From the NCBI GenBank assembly GCA_904395865.1, contig CAJFNY010000134.1, positions 3,639 through 67,638 of the forward strand: a stretch of DNA of 64,000 nt. The letters are read 5' to 3'. The stretch is from an uncultured Oscillospiraceae bacterium (GTDB taxonomy: Bacteria; Bacillota; Clostridia; Oscillospirales; Oscillospiraceae). Made by a program: the position numbers and the translations under genes. Below are positions 18,966 through 27,673 of this stretch, piece after piece (the first letter of the stretch is position 1; the number at the start of each line of letters is the position of its first letter). The notes below the pieces were generated by a model, which did no database searches, had not been told where the DNA came from, and saw nothing but the letters and a program-made list of their open reading frames with translations.

Positions 18966-20471
18966 ATGCGGGGAGTTCCCTCGACCGTCACGAGCATCCG
19001 CAAAAAGGTCTTTACCGAGGTCGCGCGCCTGGCCTATGAGGGTGGCGACTACACGCGGATGGAGAAGCTGCCGTATATCATCTCGCCCGGCGAGATCGCG
19101 GCCCACCGGGAGTCCATCTTCCTGGAGCGGGCCATAGCCGGTGAACGCGTCCGGCTGGCCATGGGCCTGCCGCTCCGGTCGGTCCAGGAGCACAGCATGC
19201 TCTCCGACGGCGTGGAGGAGAGCGCCATCGCGGAGAAGTATTACGACCCGCCGCTGATCAACATCATCAACTACGCCTGCAACGCCTGCCCCACGAAGCA
19301 GTACCGCGTCTCCGAGTTCTGCCAGCACTGCCTGGCCCAGAACTGTCACCTGGCCTGCCCCAAGGACGCCATCCGGTTCGACCACGGCCGGGCCGTCATC
19401 GACCAGGAGAAGTGCATCAAGTGCGGCCGCTGCGCCGACGCCTGCTCGTACCACGCCATCGTCAAGCTGGACCGCCCCTGCGTCCAGGCGTGCGGCATGG
19501 ACGCCATCGAGTCCGATGAATACGGACGGGCGCGGATCAACCAGGACAAGTGCGTCTCCTGCGGCATGTGCCTCGTCAACTGCCCGTTCGGCGCCATCGT
19601 GGACAAGGGGCAGGTCTTTCAGCTGATCCAGGCCATCAAGCGCGGCTATCAGGTCATCGCTCTGGTGGCGCCGTCCTTCGTGGGCCAGTTCGGCCCGTAT
19701 TCCACGCCCGAAAAGCTGACGGCCGGCATGAAGGAGCTGGGCTTCGACCACGTGACCGAGGTGGGCGTCGGCGCCGACCTCTGCACCATCGAGGAGGCCC
19801 AGGACTTCCTGGACAAGGTGCCGGAGAAGCAGCCCTTCATGGCCACGTCCTGCTGCACGGCCTGGTACGACATGGCCGTCAAGCTGTATCCCGAGTACGC
19901 CCACTGCATCTCCATGGCCCTGACGCCCATGGTGCTGACGGCCCGGCTGGAGAAGAAGAAGCATCCCGGCTGCAAGACCGTGTTCATCGGCCCCTGCGCC
20001 GCCAAGAAGCTGGAGGCAAGCCGCGCCAACATCCGCAGCGACGTCGACTTCGTCATCACGTTTGAGGAGCTCCAGGGCATGTTTGAGGCCAGGGACATCC
20101 ACTTCGACCAGATGGAGGACGGCGAGCCGCTGATGGAGGCCACCGGCGCCGGCCGCGGCTTCGCGGTGTCCGGCGGTGTGGCCCAGGCCGTGTCGGACGC
20201 GGTGCACCGGATCGACCCCACCCGGGAGGTGCCCGTGGCACGGGCCGAGGGCCTGCGGGAGTGCCGCAAGCTCCTGAGCATGGCCCGGGCCGGCAAGTAC
20301 AACGGCTACCTGCTGGAGGGCATGGCCTGTCCCGGCGGCTGTGTCGGCGGCGCCGGCACCATCCGGCCCATCAACAAGTCTGCCGAGCTGGTGGCCCGGT
20401 ACAAGAAGGAGGCCCCGGAGCAGAACGCCATGGATTCCCGTTACCGTGACGTCCTGCCCACGCTGGACTGA
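18966..20471 (+). CDS. Monomeric [FeFe] hydrogenase with ferredoxin-like 4Fe-4S domains (group B-like)
   Basis: Several CxxCxxCxxxC motifs; H-cluster motifs TSCCTAW, GPCAAKKLE, EGMACPGGCVGGAG. Confidence 0.88.
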   Translation: MRGVPSTVTSIRKKVFTEVARLAYEGGDYTRMEKLPYIISPGEIAAHRESIFLERAIAGERVRLAMGLPLRSVQEHSMLSDGVEESAIAEKYYDPPLINIINYACNACPTKQYRVSEFCQHCLAQNCHLACPKDAIRFDHGRAVIDQEKCIKCGRCADACSYHAIVKLDRPCVQACGMDAIESDEYGRARINQDKCVSCGMCLVNCPFGAIVDKGQVFQLIQAIKRGYQVIALVAPSFVGQFGPYSTPEKLTAGMKELGFDHVTEVGVGADLCTIEEAQDFLDKVPEKQPFMATSCCTAWYDMAVKLYPEYAHCISMALTPMVLTARLEKKKHPGCKTVFIGPCAAKKLEASRANIRSDVDFVITFEELQGMFEARDIHFDQMEDGEPLMEATGAGRGFAVSGGVAQAVSDAVHRIDPTREVPVARAEGLRECRKLLSMARAGKYNGYLLEGMACPGGCVGGAGTIRPINKSAELVARYKKEAPEQNAMDSRYRDVLPTLD

Positions 20472-20476
20472 CCGTG

Positions 20477-20504
20477 ACGGCGGGACGCCTGCGCGTCCCG
20501 CCGT
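20477..20504 (+). terminator. Hairpin after the hydrogenase gene
   Basis: ACGGCGGGACGC/GCGTCCCGCCGT 12-bp stem. Confidence 0.6.
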
Positions 20505-20618
20505 TCGAAATTCTTTCAGAGTTTGTTTATAGTAAGTTCCAGATCTGGTCATATTTTTTTCATAATTCCCCGATATGATATGGACATACAAAGAAAGAAC
20601 CAGCGAGGAGCGATTAGA

Positions 20619-21896
20619 ATGTTTGAGAACCACGAATCTATGCAATACAGCTTTGAACCCATCGACACAGAGGCCCGCCAGCACCAGGCGAACCAGACGC
20701 CGCAGGCGCCCCAGGGTCCCGGCGGCAAGCCCCCCAAGCGCCGCGGCGGCCTGAAGCTGGTGGCATTTGCCCTGGTATGTGCCATCGTCGGCGGCGCCGG
20801 CGGTGCGGCCGGCACGGCCCTGGTGCTGAACCAGAGCGGCAGTGCCGACGCTACGTCTGCGGCGGAGACCTCCAACACGCCTGTGGCCACCACGGTCACG
20901 CAGCCGGTCTATTCCACCAACACCGGTGACAAGAGCCTGACGCCGGAGGAAGTTTACGCCCGGTACGTGGATTCCACCGTCGGCATTACCATCTCCGGCA
21001 CGACGCAGAACTTCTTCGGCCAGCCGACCCAGTTCGCGGCCTCCGGCTCCGGCTTCATCATCTCGGAGGACGGCTATATCCTCACCAACCACCACGTCAT
21101 TGAGGGCGCCGATTCCGTAACCGTGTCCCTGCACGACGGCACCCAGTACGAGGCAACGATCATCGGCAGCGACGAGAGCAACGACGTGGCCCTCCTGAAG
21201 GTGGACGCCACCGGCCTGCAGCCGGTCTCCATCGGCGACTCCGACCAGGTGGTCGTCGGCGAGCAGGTCATCGCCATCGGCAACCCCCTGGGCGAGCTGA
21301 CCTTCAGCATGACCGCCGGCTACATCAGCGCGCTGGACCGGGCCATCAACACCGACGGCACGCCCATCAACATGCTCCAGACCGATGCGGCCATCAACTC
21401 CGGCAACTCCGGCGGCCCGCTCTTCGATATGAACGGCAACGTCATCGGCATCACCACCGCCAAGTATTCCGGCAGCACCTCGTCCGGCACCTCCATTGAG
21501 GGCATCGGCTTCGCCATCCCCATCAACGACGCCATGACCATCGTCAACGATCTGATGACGTATGGCTACGTCACCGGTCAGGCCTACCTGGGGGTCTCGG
21601 TGCAGGATCTCGATTCGCTCACAGCCCGGTATTACAGCCTGCCGCTGGGCGTCTACGTGGTCAGTGTGACCGAGGGCAGCTGTGCCAACGCGGCCGGTGT
21701 CCAGCCGGCAGACATCATCACCGGCCTGGGCGACTACACCGTGGAGAGCTACTCGGAGCTGGCCGCGGCACTGAATGAATACAGTGCCGGCGACACGGTG
21801 GAGCTGCAGGTTTATCGCAGCGGCCGCACGCTGACGCTGCAGGTGACCCTGGACGAACGCGTCCCGGAGAGCACCTCCAACGTCTCGCCGACGTAA
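20619..21896 (+). CDS. htrA: HtrA/DegP-like serine protease with PDZ domain
   Basis: TM anchor, GSGFII, TNHHV, DVALLK, AINSGNSGG, C-terminal PDZ (YLGVS). Confidence 0.93.
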   Translation: MFENHESMQYSFEPIDTEARQHQANQTPQAPQGPGGKPPKRRGGLKLVAFALVCAIVGGAGGAAGTALVLNQSGSADATSAAETSNTPVATTVTQPVYSTNTGDKSLTPEEVYARYVDSTVGITISGTTQNFFGQPTQFAASGSGFIISEDGYILTNHHVIEGADSVTVSLHDGTQYEATIIGSDESNDVALLKVDATGLQPVSIGDSDQVVVGEQVIAIGNPLGELTFSMTAGYISALDRAINTDGTPINMLQTDAAINSGNSGGPLFDMNGNVIGITTAKYSGSTSSGTSIEGIGFAIPINDAMTIVNDLMTYGYVTGQAYLGVSVQDLDSLTARYYSLPLGVYVVSVTEGSCANAAGVQPADIITGLGDYTVESYSELAAALNEYSAGDTVELQVYRSGRTLTLQVTLDERVPESTSNVSPT

Positions 21897-21921
21897 CCCG
21901 TCACTTCCTCAGCAGCGCTTC

Positions 21922-21954
21922 CCCGCGGGAACGACCGTTCCCGCGGGTTTTTTT
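21922..21954 (+). terminator. Intrinsic terminator of htrA
   Basis: CCCGCGGGAAC/GTTCCCGCGGG followed by T7. Confidence 0.8.
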
Positions 21955-21988
21955 CCGCCCTCCGGCCGGCAGCCGGGCCGGAGGGCAG

Positions 21989-22019
21989 AAAAAATGGCGC
22001 CGCATCCGGCGCCATTTTT
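21989..22019. terminator. Bidirectional terminator (trkH end)
   Basis: A6-TGGCGCCG/CGGCGCCA-T5. Confidence 0.7.
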
Positions 22020-22029
22020 CGGAAGGGAC

Positions 22030-23469
22030 TTATTTGTCGTGGGCGGAGCGGGAGAACAGGATGAAGATCGGGAAGATCTCCAGCCGCCCGATGAGCATGG
22101 TCAGGGACAGCAGCACCATGGCCCAGTTGGAGTAGATGCCGAAATTGGCCATGGGGCCGACCAGCTCCAGCCCAGGGCCGATGTTGTTGATGCAGGAGAG
22201 CACGGCCGAGAGATTCGTGGTCATGTCGTAGCCGTCGAGGGAGAGCAGCAGCGTGATCAGCGCCACCAGCATCAGGTAGGCCGCCGCGTACGTCCGGGTG
22301 GAGTTCAGCGTGGCCTTGTCCACGTACTTGTGCTCCAGGCGGACGGCCTGCACCGACTTGGGGTTGACGATGTACCGGATCTCCGCGAAGAAGGACTTGA
22401 CGAGGATGATGACACGGGAGACCTTCAGGCCGCCGCCGGTGGAGCCGGCGCAGGCGCCGATGACCATCAGCAGCAGAAGCAGGTGGCGGGAGAACTCCGG
22501 CCACACGTTGAAATCCGTGGTGGCGAAACCGGTCGTCGTGATGATACTGGACACCTGGAAGAAGGCCTGGCGCAGCGCTTCGCCGAGGCCCTGCGTCAGG
22601 GAGAGAATGTTCGCCGTCACAGCCAGAACGGCCACGGCGATGATGCCCAGGAAGCAGCGGGCCTCCTCCGAACTCAGCGCATCCCGGATGCGGCCCAGGA
22701 GCATCAGATAGTAGACGTTGAAATTGATTCCGAAGAGGATCATAAAAACGCCCAGCACGATCTCCACGTAGGCGCTCTGGTAGGCGGCGATGCCGGCAGA
22801 GGAGATGGAGAAGCCGCCGGTACCGGCGGTGCCGAAGGCCAGGCAGAGGCTGTCGAACAGGCTGACGTCGCCCAGCAGCAGCAGGATCACCAGGGCGACG
22901 GTCATCACCGTGTAGATGCCGTAGAGGATCGTGGACGTGCGCTTCATGCGGGGCACCAGCTTCCCGGCGATGGGGCCGGGCATCTCGGCGCGGACCAGGT
23001 GCATCGAATTGTCATTCTTCATGGGAATGATCATCAGCACGAACACGAGGATGCCCATGCCGCCGATCCAGTGCGTAAAGCTGCGCCAGAACAGGACGCC
23101 GTGGGGCAGCAGCTCTGGCCTGTCCAGAACGGAGGCCCCGGTGGTGGTGAAGCCGGAGACGACCTCAAAGAGCGCCTGCCAGTAGGAGGTGAACTGCCCC
23201 GTGCAGTACAGCGGGACCGCGCCGATCAGCGAGATCAGAATCCAGCCATAGCCGACGATGCGGTAGCCGTCCCGGCTGGACATGCGGCTGTCCAGCGGCC
23301 GGATGCGCCAAAGGAGCCCGCCGACCACCGCCGCAGGGACGATGGTCCAGACGAAATATCTGGCGTCTCCATCGCCGTAGAGCAGTGCCACAATCAGCGA
23401 TGGGACCATCAGGATCGCCTCGGTCAGAATGACTTTGCCGAGGATGTTGAGCACTCTGCGTCTGTTCAC
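22030..23469 (-). CDS. trkH: TrkH potassium uptake permease
   Basis: SGFTTTG, GTAGTGGF, TTTGF, GACAGSTGGG, NNIGPG, GRLE. GTG start overlapping the trkA stop (the ORF-track start is overextended). Confidence 0.93.
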   Translation of the reverse strand: MNRRRVLNILGKVILTEAILMVPSLIVALLYGDGDARYFVWTIVPAAVVGGLLWRIRPLDSRMSSRDGYRIVGYGWILISLIGAVPLYCTGQFTSYWQALFEVVSGFTTTGASVLDRPELLPHGVLFWRSFTHWIGGMGILVFVLMIIPMKNDNSMHLVRAEMPGPIAGKLVPRMKRTSTILYGIYTVMTVALVILLLLGDVSLFDSLCLAFGTAGTGGFSISSAGIAAYQSAYVEIVLGVFMILFGINFNVYYLMLLGRIRDALSSEEARCFLGIIAVAVLAVTANILSLTQGLGEALRQAFFQVSSIITTTGFATTDFNVWPEFSRHLLLLLMVIGACAGSTGGGLKVSRVIILVKSFFAEIRYIVNPKSVQAVRLEHKYVDKATLNSTRTYAAAYLMLVALITLLLSLDGYDMTTNLSAVLSCINNIGPGLELVGPMANFGIYSNWAMVLLSLTMLIGRLEIFPIFILFSRSAHDK

Positions 23470-24872
23470 AGCTCTCCACGCGCCTCCTGGGAACCGGCGA
23501 AGATGTCCTCCAGACGGACGATCTGCTTCTGGGTGGTCACGACCAGCACCCGGTCGCCGGGGCGGATCATGTTGTTGCCGCCGGGGATGATCGTCTTGCT
23601 GCCGCGGATGATGCAGGCCAGCAGCGTGTTCGGCCGCATGCGCCACGTGCGGATCGGCAGCTCCAGGTGAGAGGATTTTTCCGTGATCCGGAATTCCAGG
23701 AACTCCAGACGCCCGTCCATCAGCTGGTAGAGGGATTCCACGCCGTCGTGCCCCTCGGCATTCATCAGGGAGCGGGCGTAGCCGAGGATCAGGTCCACGG
23801 CCGTGCCCTCCTGGGAGACGGTGGAGATCCGGTCGCTCTTCTGCAGGATCCGCAGCCGGGAGTTGCTGCTCAGCCGGGAAATGACCTTGGGAATCTGCAG
23901 GGAGGCGGCGTACATGGCCGCCACCACATTGTATTCGTCGTTGGCCGTCAGGGCGATGAAGGCGTCCGTGTGCTGCAGGTCCGCGCCGGACATGGAGTCG
24001 AAGTAGCCGATGACGTTGTCGTTCATCACGGCGCACTCCGGATTGCCCCGGCGGAACTCCACCGCCTGCTCGTGGTTTTCCTCCACTACGGTCACGTGGA
24101 CACCCTCGCGGCGCAGCTGGGCCGCCAGGTAGTAGGAAATGCGTCCGGCGCCGGCGATCATCGCCGTATGGAGGGGCTTGACCGGCAGGCGCAGCTTGGA
24201 GAAGGCCCTGCGGAAATCGGCGGCGGCGCCGGTGAGATACAGCGTGTCCCCCTCCTGCAGGGTGAAGTCGCCGTTGGGGATGTAGACCTGCTCGTCGCGG
24301 GCGACGGCACAGATCAGCAGATTGAAGTCGTGCTCCTTGCCGATGTCGGACAGGGGACGGCCGCAGAGGGGGCTGGCTGCCGCCAGATTCATCTCCACCA
24401 GCTCGGCGCGCCCGTTGGCCAGCACCTCCACCCGCGTGGCAGACGGAAAGCGCAGCACCCGGCTGATCTCCCGGGCCGCGGCCATCTCGGGATTGATGGT
24501 CATGGAGAGCCCCAGCTTGCCCTGGTAGAAGGCGGCGTGCTGGGCGTACTCCAGGTCGCGCACACGGGCCACGGTGTGGACGGCACCGAGCATGTGGGCC
24601 GTCAGGCAGGCCAGAATGTTCAGCTCGTCGGAGTCCGTGACGGCGATGAGAATGTCGGCGTCGGCGGCGCCGGCCTCCTGCAGCGTCGCGTACGATGCGC
24701 CGTTCCCCTGATAGCAGATGACATCCAGCGTATTGCTGATCCTGTCGACGACCGCTGCGTCCACGTCGATCACCGTGACGGAGCAGTCGTCCTCCGACAG
24801 CTGACTGGCCAGCGCCAGTCCGATGGCACCTGCACCCACAATATGAACCTTGATCTGCTTTTTCCTGGGCAT
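23466..24872 (-). CDS. trkA: TrkA potassium uptake regulatory subunit (two RCK units)
   Basis: IVGAGAIG and IAGAGRIS Rossmann motifs, AVTDSDELN, IPNG; AAGGAG RBS. Confidence 0.93.
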   Translation of the reverse strand: MPRKKQIKVHIVGAGAIGLALASQLSEDDCSVTVIDVDAAVVDRISNTLDVICYQGNGASYATLQEAGAADADILIAVTDSDELNILACLTAHMLGAVHTVARVRDLEYAQHAAFYQGKLGLSMTINPEMAAAREISRVLRFPSATRVEVLANGRAELVEMNLAAASPLCGRPLSDIGKEHDFNLLICAVARDEQVYIPNGDFTLQEGDTLYLTGAAADFRRAFSKLRLPVKPLHTAMIAGAGRISYYLAAQLRREGVHVTVVEENHEQAVEFRRGNPECAVMNDNVIGYFDSMSGADLQHTDAFIALTANDEYNVVAAMYAASLQIPKVISRLSSNSRLRILQKSDRISTVSQEGTAVDLILGYARSLMNAEGHDGVESLYQLMDGRLEFLEFRITEKSSHLELPIRTWRMRPNTLLACIIRGSKTIIPGGNNMIRPGDRVLVVTTQKQIVRLEDIFAGSQEARGEL

Positions 24873-25048
24873 GACTCGTCGCTCCTTGTACGTACGCTCC
24901 CGCTGCCTGCATTCGTCCTGCATCGTCCGGATTCACGGTCCGCGCCGCCGGGCGTGCCGCCGGCCGGGAAGCCTGCGGCACGTACCAGGCGTTTTGCGAC
25001 TTGGATATAAAAATACGCCGGAGCAAAGCAAAACACTTTCCTCCGACG

Positions 25049-25124
25049 TGGAGCTGGGGGCCGGACTTGAACCGGCGACCTGCTGATTACGAATCAGCTG
25101 CTCTACCGACTGAGCTACACCAGC
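25049..25124 (-). tRNA. tRNA-Thr (anticodon CGT), CCA encoded
   Basis: GCTGGTGTAGCTCAGTCGGTAGAGCAGCTGATT-CGT-AATCAGCAGGTCGCCGGTTCAAGTCCGGCCCCCAGCTCCA; 76 nt cloverleaf. Confidence 0.95.
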
Positions 25125-25156
25125 ATGAAACGGCCTGTCTCCCAGGCGCGAAATGA

Positions 25157-25185
25157 ATTATAACACAAAATTGCGGCGGAGTCAA
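25157..25185 (-). promoter_or_regulatory. SigA-type promoter of tRNA-Thr
   Basis: TTGACT-17-TATAAT with extended TG. Confidence 0.75.
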
Positions 25186-25285
25186 TCGGGAAATGCGTTT
25201 TCTTTTCGGATTGCGGAAAGACGTGGTATCATTTTCCGATGGGACGTGGTATCATATCGGCAGCGAACGAAAGGGAGGCGGCGAT

Positions 25286-25957
25286 GTGCACCGGATTCTG
25301 ATTGTGGAGGACGACCGGGCCCTCTGCCAGGGCATCGCCCTGGCGCTGGACAACGGCGAGGACCGCCTGACGGCCTGCCATTCTCTGGCGGAGGCCCGGG
25401 CTATGCTGGCGGAGACGGGCTTCGACCTGGCCATTCTCGACGTCAACCTGACCGACGGCAGCGGCCTGGACCTGCTGCGGGACATCCGGCGGACGTCGTC
25501 CCTGCCCGTTCTGCTGCTGACGGCCAACGACCTGGAGACGGACGTCGTCACCGGCCTGGAGCTGGGGGCCGACGACTACGTGACGAAGCCCTTCTCCCTG
25601 ATGATCCTGCGGGCGCGGGTGCGGGCACTGCTGCGCCGCCAGCGCCCCGGCGCCGTGACGGTCGGGCCCTTCGTGTTCGACTTCGAGGCCATGACGTTCA
25701 CCCGGGACGGCCGCCCGGTGGAGCTGAGCCGGACGGAGCAGCGCCTGCTGCGGGCGCTGGTGGAGAACCGCGGCCATACCGTCACCCGCGAGGCGCTGCT
25801 GGAGCGCCTGTGGGCCGACGGCGCCGACTTCGTGGAGGAGAACGCCCTGTCGGTGACGGTCCGACGGCTGCGGGCCAAGCTGGAGGACGACCCCTCCCAT
25901 CCCCGGTACATCCGCACGGTCTACGGCCTGGGTTACACCTGGGCCGACGCGCCGTGA
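25286..25957 (+). CDS. OmpR-family response regulator
   Basis: ILIVEDD, LDVNL, GADDYVTKPF, winged helix IRTVYGLGY; GGGAGG RBS with GTG start. Confidence 0.93.
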   Translation: MHRILIVEDDRALCQGIALALDNGEDRLTACHSLAEARAMLAETGFDLAILDVNLTDGSGLDLLRDIRRTSSLPVLLLTANDLETDVVTGLELGADDYVTKPFSLMILRARVRALLRRQRPGAVTVGPFVFDFEAMTFTRDGRPVELSRTEQRLLRALVENRGHTVTREALLERLWADGADFVEENALSVTVRRLRAKLEDDPSHPRYIRTVYGLGYTWADAP

Positions 25958-26874
25958 CGGTCTTTGCGGCAGCCTGTCTGCTGCTGGCTGCGGCAGCGGT
26001 GGGCTTCGCCGTCTGGAGCCGGGTGCGGGCGGCCCGCACCCTCCGCCGCCTGGAGCAGATGCTCCAGGCAGCGGAGGATGAGACGCTGCTGGAGCAGCAG
26101 TTCGACGAGTCGCGTCTGTCCGCGCTGGAGTCGCGCATGCGGCACTACCTGACCGGCCACGCCGTCACCGGCGTCCGCGTCCGCCAGGAAAAGGCACGGA
26201 TCCAGTCCCTGATCTCCGACGTGTCGCACCAGCTCCGAACGCCGGTGGCCAACCTGGTGCTATACACCCAGCTGCTGGCGGAGCGGCCTCTGCCGGCGGA
26301 CGCCCGCCCGCTGGCCGACGCGCTGGCCGGCCAGGCGGAAAAGCTCCGCTTCCTGACCGACGTACTCGTCAAGACCTCCCGGATGGAGGCCGGCCTGCTG
26401 CAGCTGCACCCGGCAGCGGGGCCCGTGTTGCCCGCCATCCGGAAAGCCGCTGCTCCGGTGCTGCCGAAGCTGGAGGCCCGGGGCATGGCGCTGATCCTGC
26501 CGGAGACGGACGCCGAGGCCGTGTTCGACGCCAAGTGGACGGCGGAGGCCCTGGAGAACCTGCTGGACAACGCAGCCAAGTACGCCCCGGCCGGCTCGGC
26601 GGTGACGGTTTCCGTCTGCGCCTACGAGCTCTTCTGCCGCATCGACGTGGCCGACTGCGGCCCCGGCATCCCGGAGGCGGAGCAGAGCCGGATCTTCCAG
26701 CGGTTTTACCGGTCCCCGTCCGTGGCGGAGCAGGAGGGCGTCGGCATCGGATTGTTCCTGGCCCGGGAGATCGCCGAGGCCCAGGGCGGCTACCTGAAGG
26801 TGGCCAGCAGGGCGGGGGAGGGCAGCACGTTCTCGCTGTTCCTGCCGCGGGACGCCCGGGGCGCGGCGCCCTGA
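25954..26874 (+). CDS. Sensor histidine kinase with a minimal single-TM input region
   Basis: SDVSHQLRTP H-box, NLLDNAAKY, DCGPGI, GIGLFLA, GSTF. Confidence 0.92.
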   Translation: MTVFAAACLLLAAAAVGFAVWSRVRAARTLRRLEQMLQAAEDETLLEQQFDESRLSALESRMRHYLTGHAVTGVRVRQEKARIQSLISDVSHQLRTPVANLVLYTQLLAERPLPADARPLADALAGQAEKLRFLTDVLVKTSRMEAGLLQLHPAAGPVLPAIRKAAAPVLPKLEARGMALILPETDAEAVFDAKWTAEALENLLDNAAKYAPAGSAVTVSVCAYELFCRIDVADCGPGIPEAEQSRIFQRFYRSPSVAEQEGVGIGLFLAREIAEAQGGYLKVASRAGEGSTFSLFLPRDARGAAP

Positions 26875-26998
26875 ATCCTTTCAAAACCGTCACATTTCCG
26901 CCCCGGGCGGAAAGATTGTCGCAAGAAGCCCGTGGTATACTTCGATCGTCGGGAGCCTTCTGGCCCCGGCGATCTACGTTACTTTGGAGGCAAACCGT

Positions 26999-27673
26999 AT
27001 GGCAATCCTGGAAACCAAGGAACTGAAAAAAGTCTACGGCAGCGGCGACACCGCCGTGCACGCCCTGGACGGCGTGAATCTGACCGTGGAGCAGGGGGAG
27101 TTTGTGGCCGTCGTCGGCACGTCCGGCAGCGGCAAGTCGACGCTCCTGCACATGCTCGGCGGGCTGGACCGGCCCACCTCCGGCAGCGTCACCGTGGACG
27201 GGCGCGACATTTTCGCCCTGAAGGACGAGGCGCTGACGATCTTCCGCCGGCGGAAGATCGGCTTCGTGTTCCAGAACTACAATCTCGTGCCGATCCTCAA
27301 CGTCTTTGAGAACATCGTCCTGCCGGTGCAGCTGGACGGCCGCCGGGTGGACGAGCATTACGTAAACCAGATCATTGAGACCCTGGGCCTGGAGCCGAAG
27401 CTGCGAAACCTGCCCAATAACCTCTCCGGCGGCCAGCAGCAGCGGGTGGCCATCGCCCGGGCCATGGCCACGAAGCCGGCCATCCTCCTGGCCGACGAGC
27501 CCACCGGCAACCTGGACAGCCGGACGAGCCAGGACGTGCTGAGCCTGCTGAAGGTCACGGGGCAGAAGTTCGGCCAGACCATGGTGATGATTACCCACAA
27601 TGAGGAGATCGCCCAGCTGGCCGACCGGATCGTCCGCATTGAGGACGGGAAGATCGTGGGGGCGCCGGCATGA
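26999..27673 (+). CDS. ABC transporter ATPase (LolD/MacB-like)
   Basis: GTSGSGKST, LSGGQQQR, ADEPTGNLD, ITH. Confidence 0.95.
   Translation: MAILETKELKKVYGSGDTAVHALDGVNLTVEQGEFVAVVGTSGSGKSTLLHMLGGLDRPTSGSVTVDGRDIFALKDEALTIFRRRKIGFVFQNYNLVPILNVFENIVLPVQLDGRRVDEHYVNQIIETLGLEPKLRNLPNNLSGGQQQRVAIARAMATKPAILLADEPTGNLDSRTSQDVLSLLKVTGQKFGQTMVMITHNEEIAQLADRIVRIEDGKIVGAPA

Noticed and set aside
22030-25026. 998-aa ORF suggesting a TrkA-TrkH fusion; similar long upstream extensions of fmt, rsmB, rlmN, rsgA and the histidine kinase
   Set aside because: The extensions are off-frame read-through of the upstream gene; the real starts overlap the upstream stops and have proper N-termini.
24873-25048. Possible c-di-AMP (ydaO) riboswitch before trkA
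   Set aside because: GC stems are present but I could not find the conserved ydaO sequence blocks; an Infernal search with the ydaO-yuaA model would settle it.
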